A DNA stretch of 62,956 bases, the filler included. It is 4 parts of 4 records of this genome, joined end to end, with 100 filler letters (N's around TTAATTAATTAA, not from the genome) between each part and the next. Parts side by side here need not be neighbours in the genome. Positions count along the whole stretch, not along the records: positions 1 to 7,078 come from SRR31156797_3905; positions 7,179 to 37,467 come from SRR31156797_3908; 2 more parts are not named here. The stretch is one strand, 5' to 3'. A model generated the notes under the pieces. That model was not told the origin of the DNA and ran no database searches. It saw only the letters and a program-made list of their open reading frames with translations. Shown here piece after piece: positions 1 to 10,544 of the stretch; the first letter of the stretch is position 1, and each line of letters starts with the position of its first letter. The translations under genes and the position numbers were made by a program.

Positions 1-2
1 TT

Positions 3-1919
3 ACCTTATTGCTATGTATTAACATGGTTTTTGCTCAAAAGAACTTTGTTGTAGATGTGAAAAATGTAGGTGCCCCAATTCAACCTGACATGTATGGCGT
101 GTTTTTCGAAGATATCAATTTCGGAGCCGACGGTGGCCTGTACGCTGAATTGGTCAAAAACCGCTCATTTGAATTTCATCAGCCTTTTGTGGGCTGGACT
201 CCATTTGGAGAAGTGAAAGTGATGAACGAATCACCATGCTTTGACAGGAATCCGAATTTTGTTCGATTAAACGAAAAAGGACTACGACGCGGAACCGGAT
301 TGGAAAATGAAGGTTTTACAGGAATCGGATATAAACAAAACAATAGTTATCGATTTTCATTCTATGCCCGTTCATTGGATGGAAGTGAAAAGAAATTCAG
401 GATTGAATTGGTGAGCGAAGCAAACAATGCCATTGGCGATGCCGAAATTCTGGTAAGCGATAATAGCTGGAAAAAATATACAACGCTTGTAATCGCCAAA
501 GAAACTTCTGCGAAAGGCAAGCTTCGTTTGATTTTAAAATCGGCAGGTGAGGTCGATCTCGATCATATCTCATTGTTTCCGGTTGAAACATGGAAAAACC
601 GTGAGAATGGATTACGAAAAGATTTGGTTGAGGCCTTGTACGAACTTAATCCGGGTGTATTCCGCTTTCCCGGTGGCTGTATAATTGAAGGGAATACCCT
701 GGATACGCGCTACCAGTGGAAGCATAGTGTTGGACCGGTAGAGAACCGTCCCTTAAACGAAAACCGCTGGAATTACACCTTTAAACACCGTTTTTATCCC
801 GATTATTATCAAACTTATGGACTTGGTTACTTCGAGTTCTTTTTGCTAAGCGAAGACCTTGGAGCAGAACCACTTCCTGTAATTAGCTGCGGTTTAGCTT
901 GCCAATACGAAAGTACAGAGTGTGTTGCCGTTGAAGACCTTGAACCTTATATTGAGGATGCGGTAGATTTAATTGAATTTGCAAATGGTGCCGCTGATAC
1001 AAAATGGGGAAAAGTGCGTGCTGATATGGGACATCCGAAACCTTTTAATCTGAAATACCTAGCTATTGGGAACGAACAATGGGGCGAAGGTTACGTCGAG
1101 CGTTTGATTCCCTTTATGGAGGTGTTGCGCAAAAAGCATCCCGAAATTAAAATCATTGGAACATCGGGGCCTACGCCTGATGGTGAGAAATTTGATTACC
1201 TGTGGCCAAAAATGAAGGAGCTAAGAGTTGATTTAGTGGATGAACATTATTACCGCAGCCCGGAATGGTTTTTAGCCAATGCTGCACGTTACGACAGTTA
1301 CGACAGAAATGGTCCGGCGGTATTTGCAGGCGAATTTGCTTCGCATCATAAAACCCGCGATAATAACCTTAGAGCTGCCATTTCTGAGGCCGCTTTTATG
1401 ACAGGCCTTGAACGAAATGCAGATATCGTACAACTGGCAACCTATGCTCCCTTATTTGCGCACTACGACGCCTGGCAATGGAAACCCGATATGATTTGGT
1501 TTGATAACCTTCAGGTGGTGCGGACTCCCAATTATTATGTGCAGCAAATGTACGCGCAAAATGTTGGTACAAATGTGCTTTCTATTACTACTGGAGGGGA
1601 AAATATTACCGGACAAGACAGTTTATATGCAAGTGCCGTAATCGACGAGAACACCTCAGAAGTGATGGTGAAAATCGCGAATGCCGGAGATGCTATACAT
1701 GATATTTCGGTTGACTTTGAGGGTATAAAAGAATCGCTGGAAGGCAAAAATGTTGAAATTACATATTTGCATACCAATCAGCCCAATGCGATTAATACAC
1801 GAGAAGAATCAAATAAAATTGTTCCACATAAATTATCAGTTGAAGCTAAGGAGAACGGTTTCCAATTAAAAGTGTATGGCAATGCATTTTACGTTTGCAA
1901 AATAGAAACTACTAATTAA
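3..1919 (+). CDS. Alpha-L-arabinofuranosidase, GH51 (5' end runs off the window)
   Basis: Motifs FFEDINFGADGGLYAELV, RFPGGC, GNEQWG and GEFA. The frame is open to the window edge. Confidence 0.92.
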   Translation, partial: TLLLCINMVFAQKNFVVDVKNVGAPIQPDMYGVFFEDINFGADGGLYAELVKNRSFEFHQPFVGWTPFGEVKVMNESPCFDRNPNFVRLNEKGLRRGTGLENEGFTGIGYKQNNSYRFSFYARSLDGSEKKFRIELVSEANNAIGDAEILVSDNSWKKYTTLVIAKETSAKGKLRLILKSAGEVDLDHISLFPVETWKNRENGLRKDLVEALYELNPGVFRFPGGCIIEGNTLDTRYQWKHSVGPVENRPLNENRWNYTFKHRFYPDYYQTYGLGYFEFFLLSEDLGAEPLPVISCGLACQYESTECVAVEDLEPYIEDAVDLIEFANGAADTKWGKVRADMGHPKPFNLKYLAIGNEQWGEGYVERLIPFMEVLRKKHPEIKIIGTSGPTPDGEKFDYLWPKMKELRVDLVDEHYYRSPEWFLANAARYDSYDRNGPAVFAGEFASHHKTRDNNLRAAISEAAFMTGLERNADIVQLATYAPLFAHYDAWQWKPDMIWFDNLQVVRTPNYYVQQMYAQNVGTNVLSITTGGENITGQDSLYASAVIDENTSEVMVKIANAGDAIHDISVDFEGIKESLEGKNVEITYLHTNQPNAINTREESNKIVPHKLSVEAKENGFQLKVYGNAFYVCKIETTN

Positions 1920-1935
1920 TAAGTATATTTTTAAA

Positions 1936-4092
1936 ATGAGACATCTATTCAAATTATCAACCTTTAGTTTTTTGATCCTGTTGATTTTATCGGGCTGTTG
2001 CAAGTCTGAAAAGTATGAGGCCTATTTATTCACTTATTTTATCGGAAACGGCGATGGGGAAGAATCTATCCGATTTGCCGTTAGTGAAGACGGTTACAAC
2101 TACCGTGCATTAAATAATAATCAACCGGTGGTTGAAAATAAGGATATTTGCACGACCGGTGGTGTTCGCGATCCGCATATATTAAGAGGCCCTGATGGCA
2201 ATTTCTACATGGTGGTTACCGATCTGCACACCACAACAATGGGATGGAAAAATTACGCCATGGTGTTAATGAAATCTCCTGATTTGATTAACTGGGAGTC
2301 ATCAGTTGTTAATATTCCGGAGGCATTTCCAAATGAGTTTGGCGATGTTTATCGCGTTTGGGCACCACAAACCATTTACGACGAGGAAGCTGGAAAGTAT
2401 ATGGTTTATTTTTCGATGAAAGAAGGTGATGATCCTGATATTATTTACTACGCTTATGCCAACGAAGATTTTACTGCATTGGAAGCAGCTCCCCAGCAAC
2501 TATTGTACAATCCAACCAATAACGCATGTATCGATGGTGATATCATTAAAAAAGACGACAAATTTTATATGTTTCATAAATCGGAAAGTGGTAAACCCGG
2601 AATTAAACTGGCTATTTCTGATAAGCTGACGGAAGGTTATGAATATCCGCATTTGGAAAGGGTTGATAGTGAAAAAGAAAGAGTAGAAGGATCAGCAGTT
2701 TTTAAGCTAAATAATTCAGACGAATGGATTCTTATGTATGATGTTTACGGTATGGGAAAATATCAGTTTACAAAAAGTACCGATTTGCAAAACTTTGAGG
2801 TAATTGATGAGGCGATATCGATGAACTTTCATCCACGTCATGGAACCGTAATTTCAATTACAAAGACTGAACTTAAGCGTTTAATAGAAAAATGGGGAAC
2901 GGTTGAAGATCCTTTAATTGCTCCTAATGACGAATTGATTCGTAACCAAAATGTGTTAATCGATGGCAATAAAGGTATCATGCGATTACCAGTAAGGGAA
3001 GAAACCAATTTGGACAACTTCGATCCTGAATTTTCTTCGTTCTCAGGTACAAAAATCACCCCTGAAGGGCCTCAGGATTTTTCCAATGGACCGGTTAAAT
3101 ACACTGTAGGTATTGAAGGTAAAGGCGAGAAAGTATACGAGGTAACTGCCGCCAAAGATCACAACAGGGTACTCGACGGTTTTTATGCCGATCCGGATGT
3201 AATTTACTCCGAAAAAACGGGCAAATATTACATTTACCCAACAAGCGATGGTTTTTACATGTGGGGAGGATACTATTTTAAAACATTCTCTTCAGAAAAC
3301 CTGGTTGACTGGAAAGATGAAGGAATTATTTTGAACCATCGGGAAGATGTTAGTTGGGCAAATAATAATGCCTGGGCTCCGTGTATTATTGAGAAAAAAA
3401 TAAATGACAAGTATAAATACTTCTTTTATTTCTGCGGAAGAAATAATGAAACCAGAAACCAAAATATTGGTGTTGCCGTGGCCGATAATCCGGAAGGACC
3501 TTATGTTGATTCGGGTAATCCATTAATCGATTGGAGACCCGAAGGAATAAAAGGTGGTCAGGAAATTGATCCGGATGTATTTACCGATCCTAAATCAGGG
3601 AAAAGTTACTTGTATTGGGGGAACGGTTATATGGCCGGTGCAGAGCTAAACGACGATATGACTTCGATAAAAATGGAGACCTTAACCATTATGACTCCTG
3701 ACAAAACATATCGCGAAGGTGCCCATGTGCTGTACCGGGATGGCACGTACTATTTTATGTGGTCGGAAGACGATACACGTAGCCCGAATTATAAAGTAAG
3801 ATATGGAACACGTAAAACACCACTTGGCAAACTTACCATTCCAGAAAATAACATTGTTATTCAAAAAGATTCGGAACAGGGAATTTTAGGTACTGGTCAC
3901 AACTCAACCATTCAGGTTCCGGGCAAAGACGAGTGGTATTTGGTTTACCACCGTATGACTTATCCAAAAGGAAAAGACATGGGACGCTTTGCTGGTTTTC
4001 ATCGCGAAGTATGTATTGATAAAATGGAATTTGATGCCGAAGGAAATATTATTGAAGTAAAACCAACTTTGAAAGGAATTGACAGATTATAG
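1936..4092 (+). CDS. Lipoprotein with two GH43-type beta-propeller domains and an Ig-like linker
   Basis: Lipobox-like ILSGC. First module has RDPHI/WAPQ/IDGD; second has YADPD/WAPC/IDPD/EGAH/GHNS. Confidence 0.88.
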   Translation: MRHLFKLSTFSFLILLILSGCCKSEKYEAYLFTYFIGNGDGEESIRFAVSEDGYNYRALNNNQPVVENKDICTTGGVRDPHILRGPDGNFYMVVTDLHTTTMGWKNYAMVLMKSPDLINWESSVVNIPEAFPNEFGDVYRVWAPQTIYDEEAGKYMVYFSMKEGDDPDIIYYAYANEDFTALEAAPQQLLYNPTNNACIDGDIIKKDDKFYMFHKSESGKPGIKLAISDKLTEGYEYPHLERVDSEKERVEGSAVFKLNNSDEWILMYDVYGMGKYQFTKSTDLQNFEVIDEAISMNFHPRHGTVISITKTELKRLIEKWGTVEDPLIAPNDELIRNQNVLIDGNKGIMRLPVREETNLDNFDPEFSSFSGTKITPEGPQDFSNGPVKYTVGIEGKGEKVYEVTAAKDHNRVLDGFYADPDVIYSEKTGKYYIYPTSDGFYMWGGYYFKTFSSENLVDWKDEGIILNHREDVSWANNNAWAPCIIEKKINDKYKYFFYFCGRNNETRNQNIGVAVADNPEGPYVDSGNPLIDWRPEGIKGGQEIDPDVFTDPKSGKSYLYWGNGYMAGAELNDDMTSIKMETLTIMTPDKTYREGAHVLYRDGTYYFMWSEDDTRSPNYKVRYGTRKTPLGKLTIPENNIVIQKDSEQGILGTGHNSTIQVPGKDEWYLVYHRMTYPKGKDMGRFAGFHREVCIDKMEFDAEGNIIEVKPTLKGIDRL

Positions 4093-4127
4093 CAAATGAT
4101 CTGATAAAGATTTTAACAGAATAATCG

Positions 4128-4165
4128 AAAAGCAGGAGGGACAATCGTTTCTCCTGCTTTTTTTT
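4128..4165 (+). terminator. Intrinsic terminator
   Basis: AAAAGCAGGAG...CTCCTGCTTTT followed by a T run. Confidence 0.85.
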
Positions 4166-4228
4166 GGTCTCACCCATTTCAAAAATACTTAAGCTCGGGT
4201 AAAGGCGAAGTATGTTAGACAACATGAG

Positions 4229-4245
4229 TGTGTCAGTGTGACACA
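4229..4245. promoter_or_regulatory. Palindromic operator candidate (GTGT-N7-ACAC, NrtR/AraR-type)
   Basis: TGTGTCA-GTG-TGACACA, ~85 nt upstream of the GH3 start. Confidence 0.45.
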
Positions 4246-4331
4246 AAGATTGCTTTTAAATTCTTATTTTGTGCTAAATTTCGTAAGTAGAGTTATGAAA
4301 TGGATTCAATTCAAAAACTAAAACGTAAAGA

Positions 4332-6767
4332 ATGCAAGCGAAAATTCTTCAACAACTTTGCCTGTGTTTGGTAGCTGCAATATGGCTTAATCCTGGAATG
4401 TTATCAGCGCAGGAAACCAAAACAGAAACAGCACAAAATGTCATAAAAGAAATGACACTTAGGCAGAAAGCTCAATTACTTATTGGAACCGGCATGGTGA
4501 TGCATTTGCCCGATTCGATAAAAGCTAAAATGCCTGAGAGCTTTAAAAATGAGAATAAGGAGGAAACACCTTATACAAAAATGGTGGATAAAATACGTGC
4601 CTATCTTCCCGGAACAGCTGGCGTTACTGCCGAATACCCGGAGTTGGGTGTAAGTAGCCAAAATTTGGCTGATGGCCCGGCGGGTTTACGCATTGCGCCA
4701 CACCGTGAAAATGATGAGAACACATATTATTGCACTGCTTTTCCAATTGCAACTGTTTTGGCCTCAAGCTGGGATGTTAATTTGGTGGAAAGTGTTGGTA
4801 ATGCAATGGGTAAAGAAGCTTTGGAATACGGAGCCGATGTATTGTTGGCACCAGCACTGAATTTACAACGCGATCCATTGTGTGGTCGTAATTTTGAATA
4901 TTATTCAGAAGATCCGCTTTTATCAGGGAAAATGGCTGCGGCAATGGTCAAAGGTATTCAGTCAAAAGGTGTTGGTACTTCAATCAAACATTTTGCGGTA
5001 AACAACCAGGAAACCAATCGAATGTCGGTTAATGTGATTGTAAGCGAAAGAGCACTACGGGAACTATACTTAAGGGGCTTTGAGATTGCAGTACGTGAAG
5101 CTGAACCATGGACTGTTATGTCGTCGTACAACAAAGTTAACGGCGTTTATACATCCGAAAGTCATGATCTGCTGACAAAGATACTGCGAAACGACTGGGG
5201 TTTTAAAGGGTATGTGATGACCGATTGGGGAGGGGGTAGCGATGTTGTTGCCCAGATGAAAGCCGGAAATGACATGATCCAACCGGGAAGGGCAGAAACC
5301 ATTTCGGCCCTTGTTGAAGCGGTAAAATCAGGTAAATTAGACGAAGCAGTTTTGGATAAGAACATATTGCGCATTCTTACTATTATGGAGAAAACACCTC
5401 GGTATAAGGCCTACCAATTTTCGAATAACCCGGATTTAAAGGCTCACGCCGAGGTTACCCGACAGGCTGCAACTGATGGAATGGTATTACTTGAGAATAA
5501 AAACAAAACACTTCCTTTCGATAGTAATATTAAGACTGTGGCGGCTTTTGGAAATGCTTCCTACGATTTTATTTCAGGAGGTACAGGTAGTGGCGATGTA
5601 AACGAAGCATATACTATTTCATTGATGCAGGGCCTTGAAAATGCCGGATATGAAACATTTGAAGGACTTAAAGAGATTTATTCGAATTATATAACAGAAA
5701 AACAAAAAACTCAGGACAAGTCGAAAAACTGGTTGGCAGCTTTCTTGGGAGGAAAAATACCTGTTGAAGAAATGCCATTAGATGTTGTATTGGCAAAAGA
5801 GATGGCTGCTAAGGCAGATATTGCCTTAATTACAATTGGACGGAATGCCGGAGAAGGGGGCGACCGCGAGGCAGTGGAAGGCGATTTCTATCTTACTGAA
5901 ACCGAAAAAAAACTTATTGCAACAGTTACTAAAGAATTTCATAAGCTTGGAAAAAAAGCAGTTGTTGTTTTAAATATTGCCGGAATTATTGAGTCTGCCA
6001 GTTGGAGCAATATCCCTGATGCTGTTTTATGTGCATGGCTACCCGGGCAGGAAGGTGGTAACTCAGTTGTGGATGTGCTTTCGGGCAAGGTTAATCCTTC
6101 GGGAAAACTTACAGCATCTGTTCCGCTAAAATATGATGATGCTTCAAGTGCGAAAAATTTCCCTGGCTATGAAATAAAGACAGAAGGGGATGAAGACAAA
6201 ACTACCGATCAGTCCGGTTTTTCGTTTATACGCCGCGTACCCTGGGAAGTTGTTTACGAAGAAGATATTTACGTGGGATACCGTTATTACAATACTTTTA
6301 AAGTTCCGGTTGCCTACGAATTTGGTTACGGGAAATCGTATACAACTTTTGAATATACAGCACTAAATTTAAGTTCAAAAAAGTTTAACCAAAAGATGAG
6401 TTTTTCCGTAGAGGTAAAAAACACAGGGAAAATGGCAGGAAGAGAAGTTGTTCAGGTTTATGTTAGTGCGCCGGATGGGGTGTTGGAAAAGCCTGAAGAA
6501 GAGTTGGTTGCTTTTGCAAAGACCAAATTATTACAACCTGGAGAATCCGAAACAGTATCTTTTGTTGTTGATGCCAAACTTTTATCCTCTTTTCATGAAA
6601 AGAACTCTGACTGGATTGTTGAAGCTGGGGAATATACATTAAAAGTAGGCGCTTCTTCCAGGGATATTCGATTAAGAGAAACATTTGAAGTGCAAAAAGA
6701 ACTTTTTGTAGAAAAGGTGACCCAAGCCCTTATTCCCCAAAAAGAGTTTACTCGTTTAACAAAGTAA
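4332..6767 (+). CDS. GH3 beta-glucosidase/xylosidase with C-terminal FnIII domain
   Basis: ADGPAG, GRNFEYYSEDP, KHF, VMTDW nucleophile, YVGYRYY; signal peptide. Confidence 0.92.
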   Translation: MQAKILQQLCLCLVAAIWLNPGMLSAQETKTETAQNVIKEMTLRQKAQLLIGTGMVMHLPDSIKAKMPESFKNENKEETPYTKMVDKIRAYLPGTAGVTAEYPELGVSSQNLADGPAGLRIAPHRENDENTYYCTAFPIATVLASSWDVNLVESVGNAMGKEALEYGADVLLAPALNLQRDPLCGRNFEYYSEDPLLSGKMAAAMVKGIQSKGVGTSIKHFAVNNQETNRMSVNVIVSERALRELYLRGFEIAVREAEPWTVMSSYNKVNGVYTSESHDLLTKILRNDWGFKGYVMTDWGGGSDVVAQMKAGNDMIQPGRAETISALVEAVKSGKLDEAVLDKNILRILTIMEKTPRYKAYQFSNNPDLKAHAEVTRQAATDGMVLLENKNKTLPFDSNIKTVAAFGNASYDFISGGTGSGDVNEAYTISLMQGLENAGYETFEGLKEIYSNYITEKQKTQDKSKNWLAAFLGGKIPVEEMPLDVVLAKEMAAKADIALITIGRNAGEGGDREAVEGDFYLTETEKKLIATVTKEFHKLGKKAVVVLNIAGIIESASWSNIPDAVLCAWLPGQEGGNSVVDVLSGKVNPSGKLTASVPLKYDDASSAKNFPGYEIKTEGDEDKTTDQSGFSFIRRVPWEVVYEEDIYVGYRYYNTFKVPVAYEFGYGKSYTTFEYTALNLSSKKFNQKMSFSVEVKNTGKMAGREVVQVYVSAPDGVLEKPEEELVAFAKTKLLQPGESETVSFVVDAKLLSSFHEKNSDWIVEAGEYTLKVGASSRDIRLRETFEVQKELFVEKVTQALIPQKEFTRLTK

Positions 6768-6855
6768 TACTTAATTATTTTTTGGGAATTATAAATAGAC
6801 TCCTGCTTCTAAGGTATAATCAATAATCAAATAACAACCTAAAAATATAGCTGTC

Positions 6856-7078
6856 ATGTTAAAAATAAAAAAGGTATTTCAAAATGTTCTTATCGTAATG
6901 TTTGCTGCTGTTTTAGCTACCGCCTGTGGCTCGAAATGGACAGAAGAAGATAAAGGCGATTTTAAACTGATACATAACAAAGGTGGACAAACGCTTGGTT
7001 ATTCATTGCAATCGGGAGTTACAATTATTAACGATAAAGGTTTTGCTTTTAAAGACCTTAACAAGAACGGAGAATTAG
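6856..7078 (+). CDS. Probable GH3 lipoprotein, truncated by contig end
   Basis: Lipobox LATAC and FKDLNKNGEL motif typical of one GH3 subgroup N-terminus. Confidence 0.6.
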
Positions 7079-7178
7079 NNNNNNNNNNNNNNNNNNNNNN
7101 NNNNNNNNNNNNNNNNNNNNNNTTAATTAATTAANNNNNNNNNNNNNNNNNNNNNNNNNNNNNNNNNNNNNNNNNNNN
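7079..7178. other. Artificial contig spacer
   Basis: N44-TTAATTAATTAA-N44; the 12-mer places stops in all six frames. Confidence 0.98.
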
Positions 7179-7301
7179 TGTCTTCAAATCAGTGCCTTGC
7201 CTAAGAGCTAATAAATTCTCGCTGAACCGACATCTTGAGGTTACTTGGGTATAAATAACAAACATAAGATTGAACAGATAATCCCCAATAAGGACATAAC
7301 G

Positions 7302-8651
7302 ATGAAACTGAAAACGCTTACCTTAGGACTTGCTGCCGCTGGATTGACCTTATCGACGGTTGCGAATGCGACAACGGTTGAATACTGGACCATACAGACA
7401 CAATCAGACCGACTTCAAACCATGGAAGTGATGGCTGATGTGTTTGAGGCACTGAATCCCGGCATTGATGTGAAAATCATCGGCGTTGACGAAAATGATA
7501 TGTCGAAACAAATTGCCGCAGCAGCTGCATCAAACTCGTTACCCAATTTAGTCGAAGTCGGCTCTAACTTATCATTGGCATTCGCTGAGGAAGGGATTGT
7601 TGATAACGCTGCGAATACAGATGTCGTCAACAAAATTGGGAAAGAACGCTTTTATAAAGGCGCTCTGACCATGATAGAAAACCCGAAAACGATGGAATAC
7701 GTTGCCGTTCCTTATTACGGATGGGTTCAGGGGATTTGGTATCGTGCTGACTGGTTTGAAGAAGCTGGGTTAGAGCCGCCAACCACTTGGGAAAACATAG
7801 AGAAAGCCGCGAAGTATTTCTACCAACCTAAAATGAATCAGTATGGTATTTTGCTTGGCACAAAAGCGGATAGTTACGCAGAGCAGTGCTATACGCAGTT
7901 CGCACTGTCAAACGATGCAGGTGAGTTCAATAAAGATGGTGAATTAGTGTTTAACTCGGAAGCTCAGGCCGAAGTTCTGGATTTCTATAAAACATTGGCT
8001 CAATACAACCCTCCGGGTCCACAAACATGGCGCGCGCGTGACTACTACCTACAAGGTAAGTTAGCTATGTTCTTCTACTCATCATACATTCTTGATGACA
8101 TTGCTTTGGCAGAAGCGGCGGCAAGTTCACTGGGTTCTGAGAACTTCAAAGATCTTGAAGGTGCAGCGTTTGATCCGAACCTTGCGAAAAATACCCGCTT
8201 AGCGACAACCATCACCAAAACATCGCCTTCAACGTTCGGCACCATGCTGGGTTTCTCCATCCTTAAAAACTCAGATAAAGCAGAAATGGATGCAACCAAA
8301 GCGTTTGTGGAGTACATGAACGAGAAAGATCAGGTGGTTGCATATTCTCATATGGCGATTGGCGGACACCTTCCAATGCTGCGTGATATTGCAGAAACCG
8401 ATGAGTTTCTGAACGATCCAAAAGGGATCTTTGCCGCTTATGGTAAAGAATCCATCAAAGAGATTGTTGCTGGTTTCGACAACATCAAAAACTTCGCCGT
8501 TGTTGAAGGCAAAGCTTTCCCTGAATCCGGTGAGATTTTCGCTAAGCAGATCATTCCACGAATGGTTTACAGCGCAACCATTGAAAATCAGGACACCAAA
8601 GAAGCTCTGAAATGGGCTGAAGAGCAAATGAAGCAAGTCATTGCTGAATAA
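7302..8651 (+). CDS. Sugar ABC substrate-binding protein, YcjN-like
   Basis: ATG 7302 after AAGGAC; signal peptide; GIWYRADW and QFALSN motifs shared with E. coli YcjN. Confidence 0.85.
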   Translation: MKLKTLTLGLAAAGLTLSTVANATTVEYWTIQTQSDRLQTMEVMADVFEALNPGIDVKIIGVDENDMSKQIAAAAASNSLPNLVEVGSNLSLAFAEEGIVDNAANTDVVNKIGKERFYKGALTMIENPKTMEYVAVPYYGWVQGIWYRADWFEEAGLEPPTTWENIEKAAKYFYQPKMNQYGILLGTKADSYAEQCYTQFALSNDAGEFNKDGELVFNSEAQAEVLDFYKTLAQYNPPGPQTWRARDYYLQGKLAMFFYSSYILDDIALAEAAASSLGSENFKDLEGAAFDPNLAKNTRLATTITKTSPSTFGTMLGFSILKNSDKAEMDATKAFVEYMNEKDQVVAYSHMAIGGHLPMLRDIAETDEFLNDPKGIFAAYGKESIKEIVAGFDNIKNFAVVEGKAFPESGEIFAKQIIPRMVYSATIENQDTKEALKWAEEQMKQVIAE

Positions 8652-8663
8652 ATAAAATGAGGG

Positions 8664-8693
8664 GCAAGAAGAGCGTTGTTGTGCTCTTCTTGC
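8664..8693 (+). other. Intercistronic stem-loop after the SBP gene
   Basis: 11-bp stem GCAAGAAGAGC/GCTCTTCTTGC with no U tract. Confidence 0.6.
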
Positions 8694-8709
8694 TATCAAA
8701 GGAAACCTT

Positions 8710-9573
8710 ATGACTCCATTAGAAAGGGCTGAGGCTAGATTTGGTTGGAAGCTGGTGGCTCCGACGATATTAGTACTTAGCCTGTTGATTCTGTATCCGC
8801 TTGTTTATAACGTTTACTTAAGCTTCTTTGACGTACAGTTGAATGGTGACAAGGCGTTTGTTGGCTTTGCGAACTATGAAAAATTATTAACCAATTCAGA
8901 TTATTATGCAGCAATCGGTACGACGGGCTTATACCTGTTTGGCACTGTTGCTGGAACGACTCTTCTCGGCCTGGCAATGGCTTTATTATTAAAAGAACCG
9001 TTTAAGGGAAGAGGTTTGGTGAATGCAGCGATTATGCTGCCCTATGTCGCGCCGGTTATTTCAGTCGTGTTCGGTTGGCAGTTTTTGTTTGACCCAATTT
9101 CAGGTGTTGTGAATTATGTGTTTGTCGATGTCTTGGGCTTATGGTCAGAAAGGGCTAACCTGATTGGTGATCCTGATTCTGCACTGTGGGTGGTGGTGAT
9201 TTTCGATGTGTGGAAACACGCACCTATCGCTTATATGTTGATACTTTCGAAGCTGGTATCTATTTCAAAAGACCAATACGAAGCGGCATCGATTGATGGA
9301 TATGGCCCCATCGGACGCTTTTTCCATGTCACATTACCAGAACTGCATTTCGTTTTAGCAACGGTAATTTTGTTGCGTTTGATTTGGAACCTGAACCGTT
9401 TTGAAGACGTATACCTATTAGCCCCTAATGTAGAAACACTGCCGATATTTACCTATTACCAGGCTTTTACCGGAGTCATTGACCAAGGGTTAGCTGCGGC
9501 TACTTCTGTTATCCAGCTTGGCGTGTTGTGTGTATTTATCTGGTTCTACATTAAAAAAGTCATGAAGTGGTGA
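8710..9573 (+). CDS. CUT1 ABC permease (YcjO/MalF-like)
   Basis: Multiple TM segments; EAA loop YEAASIDG. Confidence 0.9.
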   Translation: MTPLERAEARFGWKLVAPTILVLSLLILYPLVYNVYLSFFDVQLNGDKAFVGFANYEKLLTNSDYYAAIGTTGLYLFGTVAGTTLLGLAMALLLKEPFKGRGLVNAAIMLPYVAPVISVVFGWQFLFDPISGVVNYVFVDVLGLWSERANLIGDPDSALWVVVIFDVWKHAPIAYMLILSKLVSISKDQYEAASIDGYGPIGRFFHVTLPELHFVLATVILLRLIWNLNRFEDVYLLAPNVETLPIFTYYQAFTGVIDQGLAAATSVIQLGVLCVFIWFYIKKVMKW

Positions 9574-9579
9574 TCGACT

Positions 9580-10542
9580 ATGTTAGGAAAACGAACACTA
9601 AAAGGGCGAATAGCATTTGTTATTGCGGTGGCAGCTTTGGTTGCTTTCAGCTTACTGCCATTTGCGCAAATACTGTCTACCTCGCTCAAGTATCAGTTTG
9701 ACTGGGGAAATCCATCTTTGATCCCACAAAAGATCAATTTTGAAGCTTATAAAGAGTTAATGGGTTTAACTGAAGTAAAAAAGGTAGAAATACCGGCCGC
9801 CATCCAAAAGGTATTGGATAACCCCAACTTACCTAAAGATAAAAAGGATGCAATAGCCGCCAAATATACTGCTAACGATAATCTGTTTCCGTTCGGAAAG
9901 TACATGCTAAACAGTGTAATTTTCTCTGTGGGGGCGGCAGCAATATCGCTTGTCCTTGCCGTGATGGGTGCTTATGCAATCAGTCGTTTAAGGTTTAAAG
10001 GACAAACAGTGATTCAACGCTCTGTGCTTTTTGTTTATATGGTTGGTGGAGTGCTGTTGATGGTTCCTCTATACCAGATGGCGATGAATGCTGGACTTGC
10101 ATCGACGATGTGGGGCAGTGCGATATGTATCTTCCTCATCTACATTGTTCAGACACTTCCGGTTGGCATGTATATGTTGGGTAACTATTTCCGAGGTATT
10201 CCATTTGCTTTGGAAGAAGCTGCAATGATGGACGGATGTTCACGCAAAGAGGCGATTATCACAGTTGTGTTGCCTTTATCACTGCCGATGTTGGCAACGG
10301 TATTCATTTACTGTTTCATCATCGGGTGGAACGAATATCTGTTTGCGTCCGTGTTCTTAAAACAGTACCCGGAATTTCACACTTTACCGCTCGCACTACA
10401 AGAGCTCTTTGTATCTAAAAACGCAATTTGGGACCGTATAATGGCAGCATCCATGCTGACACTAGCTCCAATTGTTGTTTGTTTCTTATTAGCTTCTCGC
10501 TTTATGAAAGGCGGACAAACCGAAGGCGGGGTCAAAGGTTAA
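9580..10542 (+). CDS. CUT1 ABC permease (YcjP/MalG-like)
   Basis: [28 protein letters not shown], terminal GGVKG. Confidence 0.9.
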   Translation: MLGKRTLKGRIAFVIAVAALVAFSLLPFAQILSTSLKYQFDWGNPSLIPQKINFEAYKELMGLTEVKKVEIPAAIQKVLDNPNLPKDKKDAIAAKYTANDNLFPFGKYMLNSVIFSVGAAAISLVLAVMGAYAISRLRFKGQTVIQRSVLFVYMVGGVLLMVPLYQMAMNAGLASTMWGSAICIFLIYIVQTLPVGMYMLGNYFRGIPFALEEAAMMDGCSRKEAIITVVLPLSLPMLATVFIYCFIIGWNEYLFASVFLKQYPEFHTLPLALQELFVSKNAIWDRIMAASMLTLAPIVVCFLLASRFMKGGQTEGGVKG

Positions 10543-10544
10543 CT

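Noticed and set aside
7179-7301. 3' end of an upstream gene, or the longer TTG start at 7245
   Set aside because: No recognisable protein tail; ATG 7302 has the RBS and signal peptide
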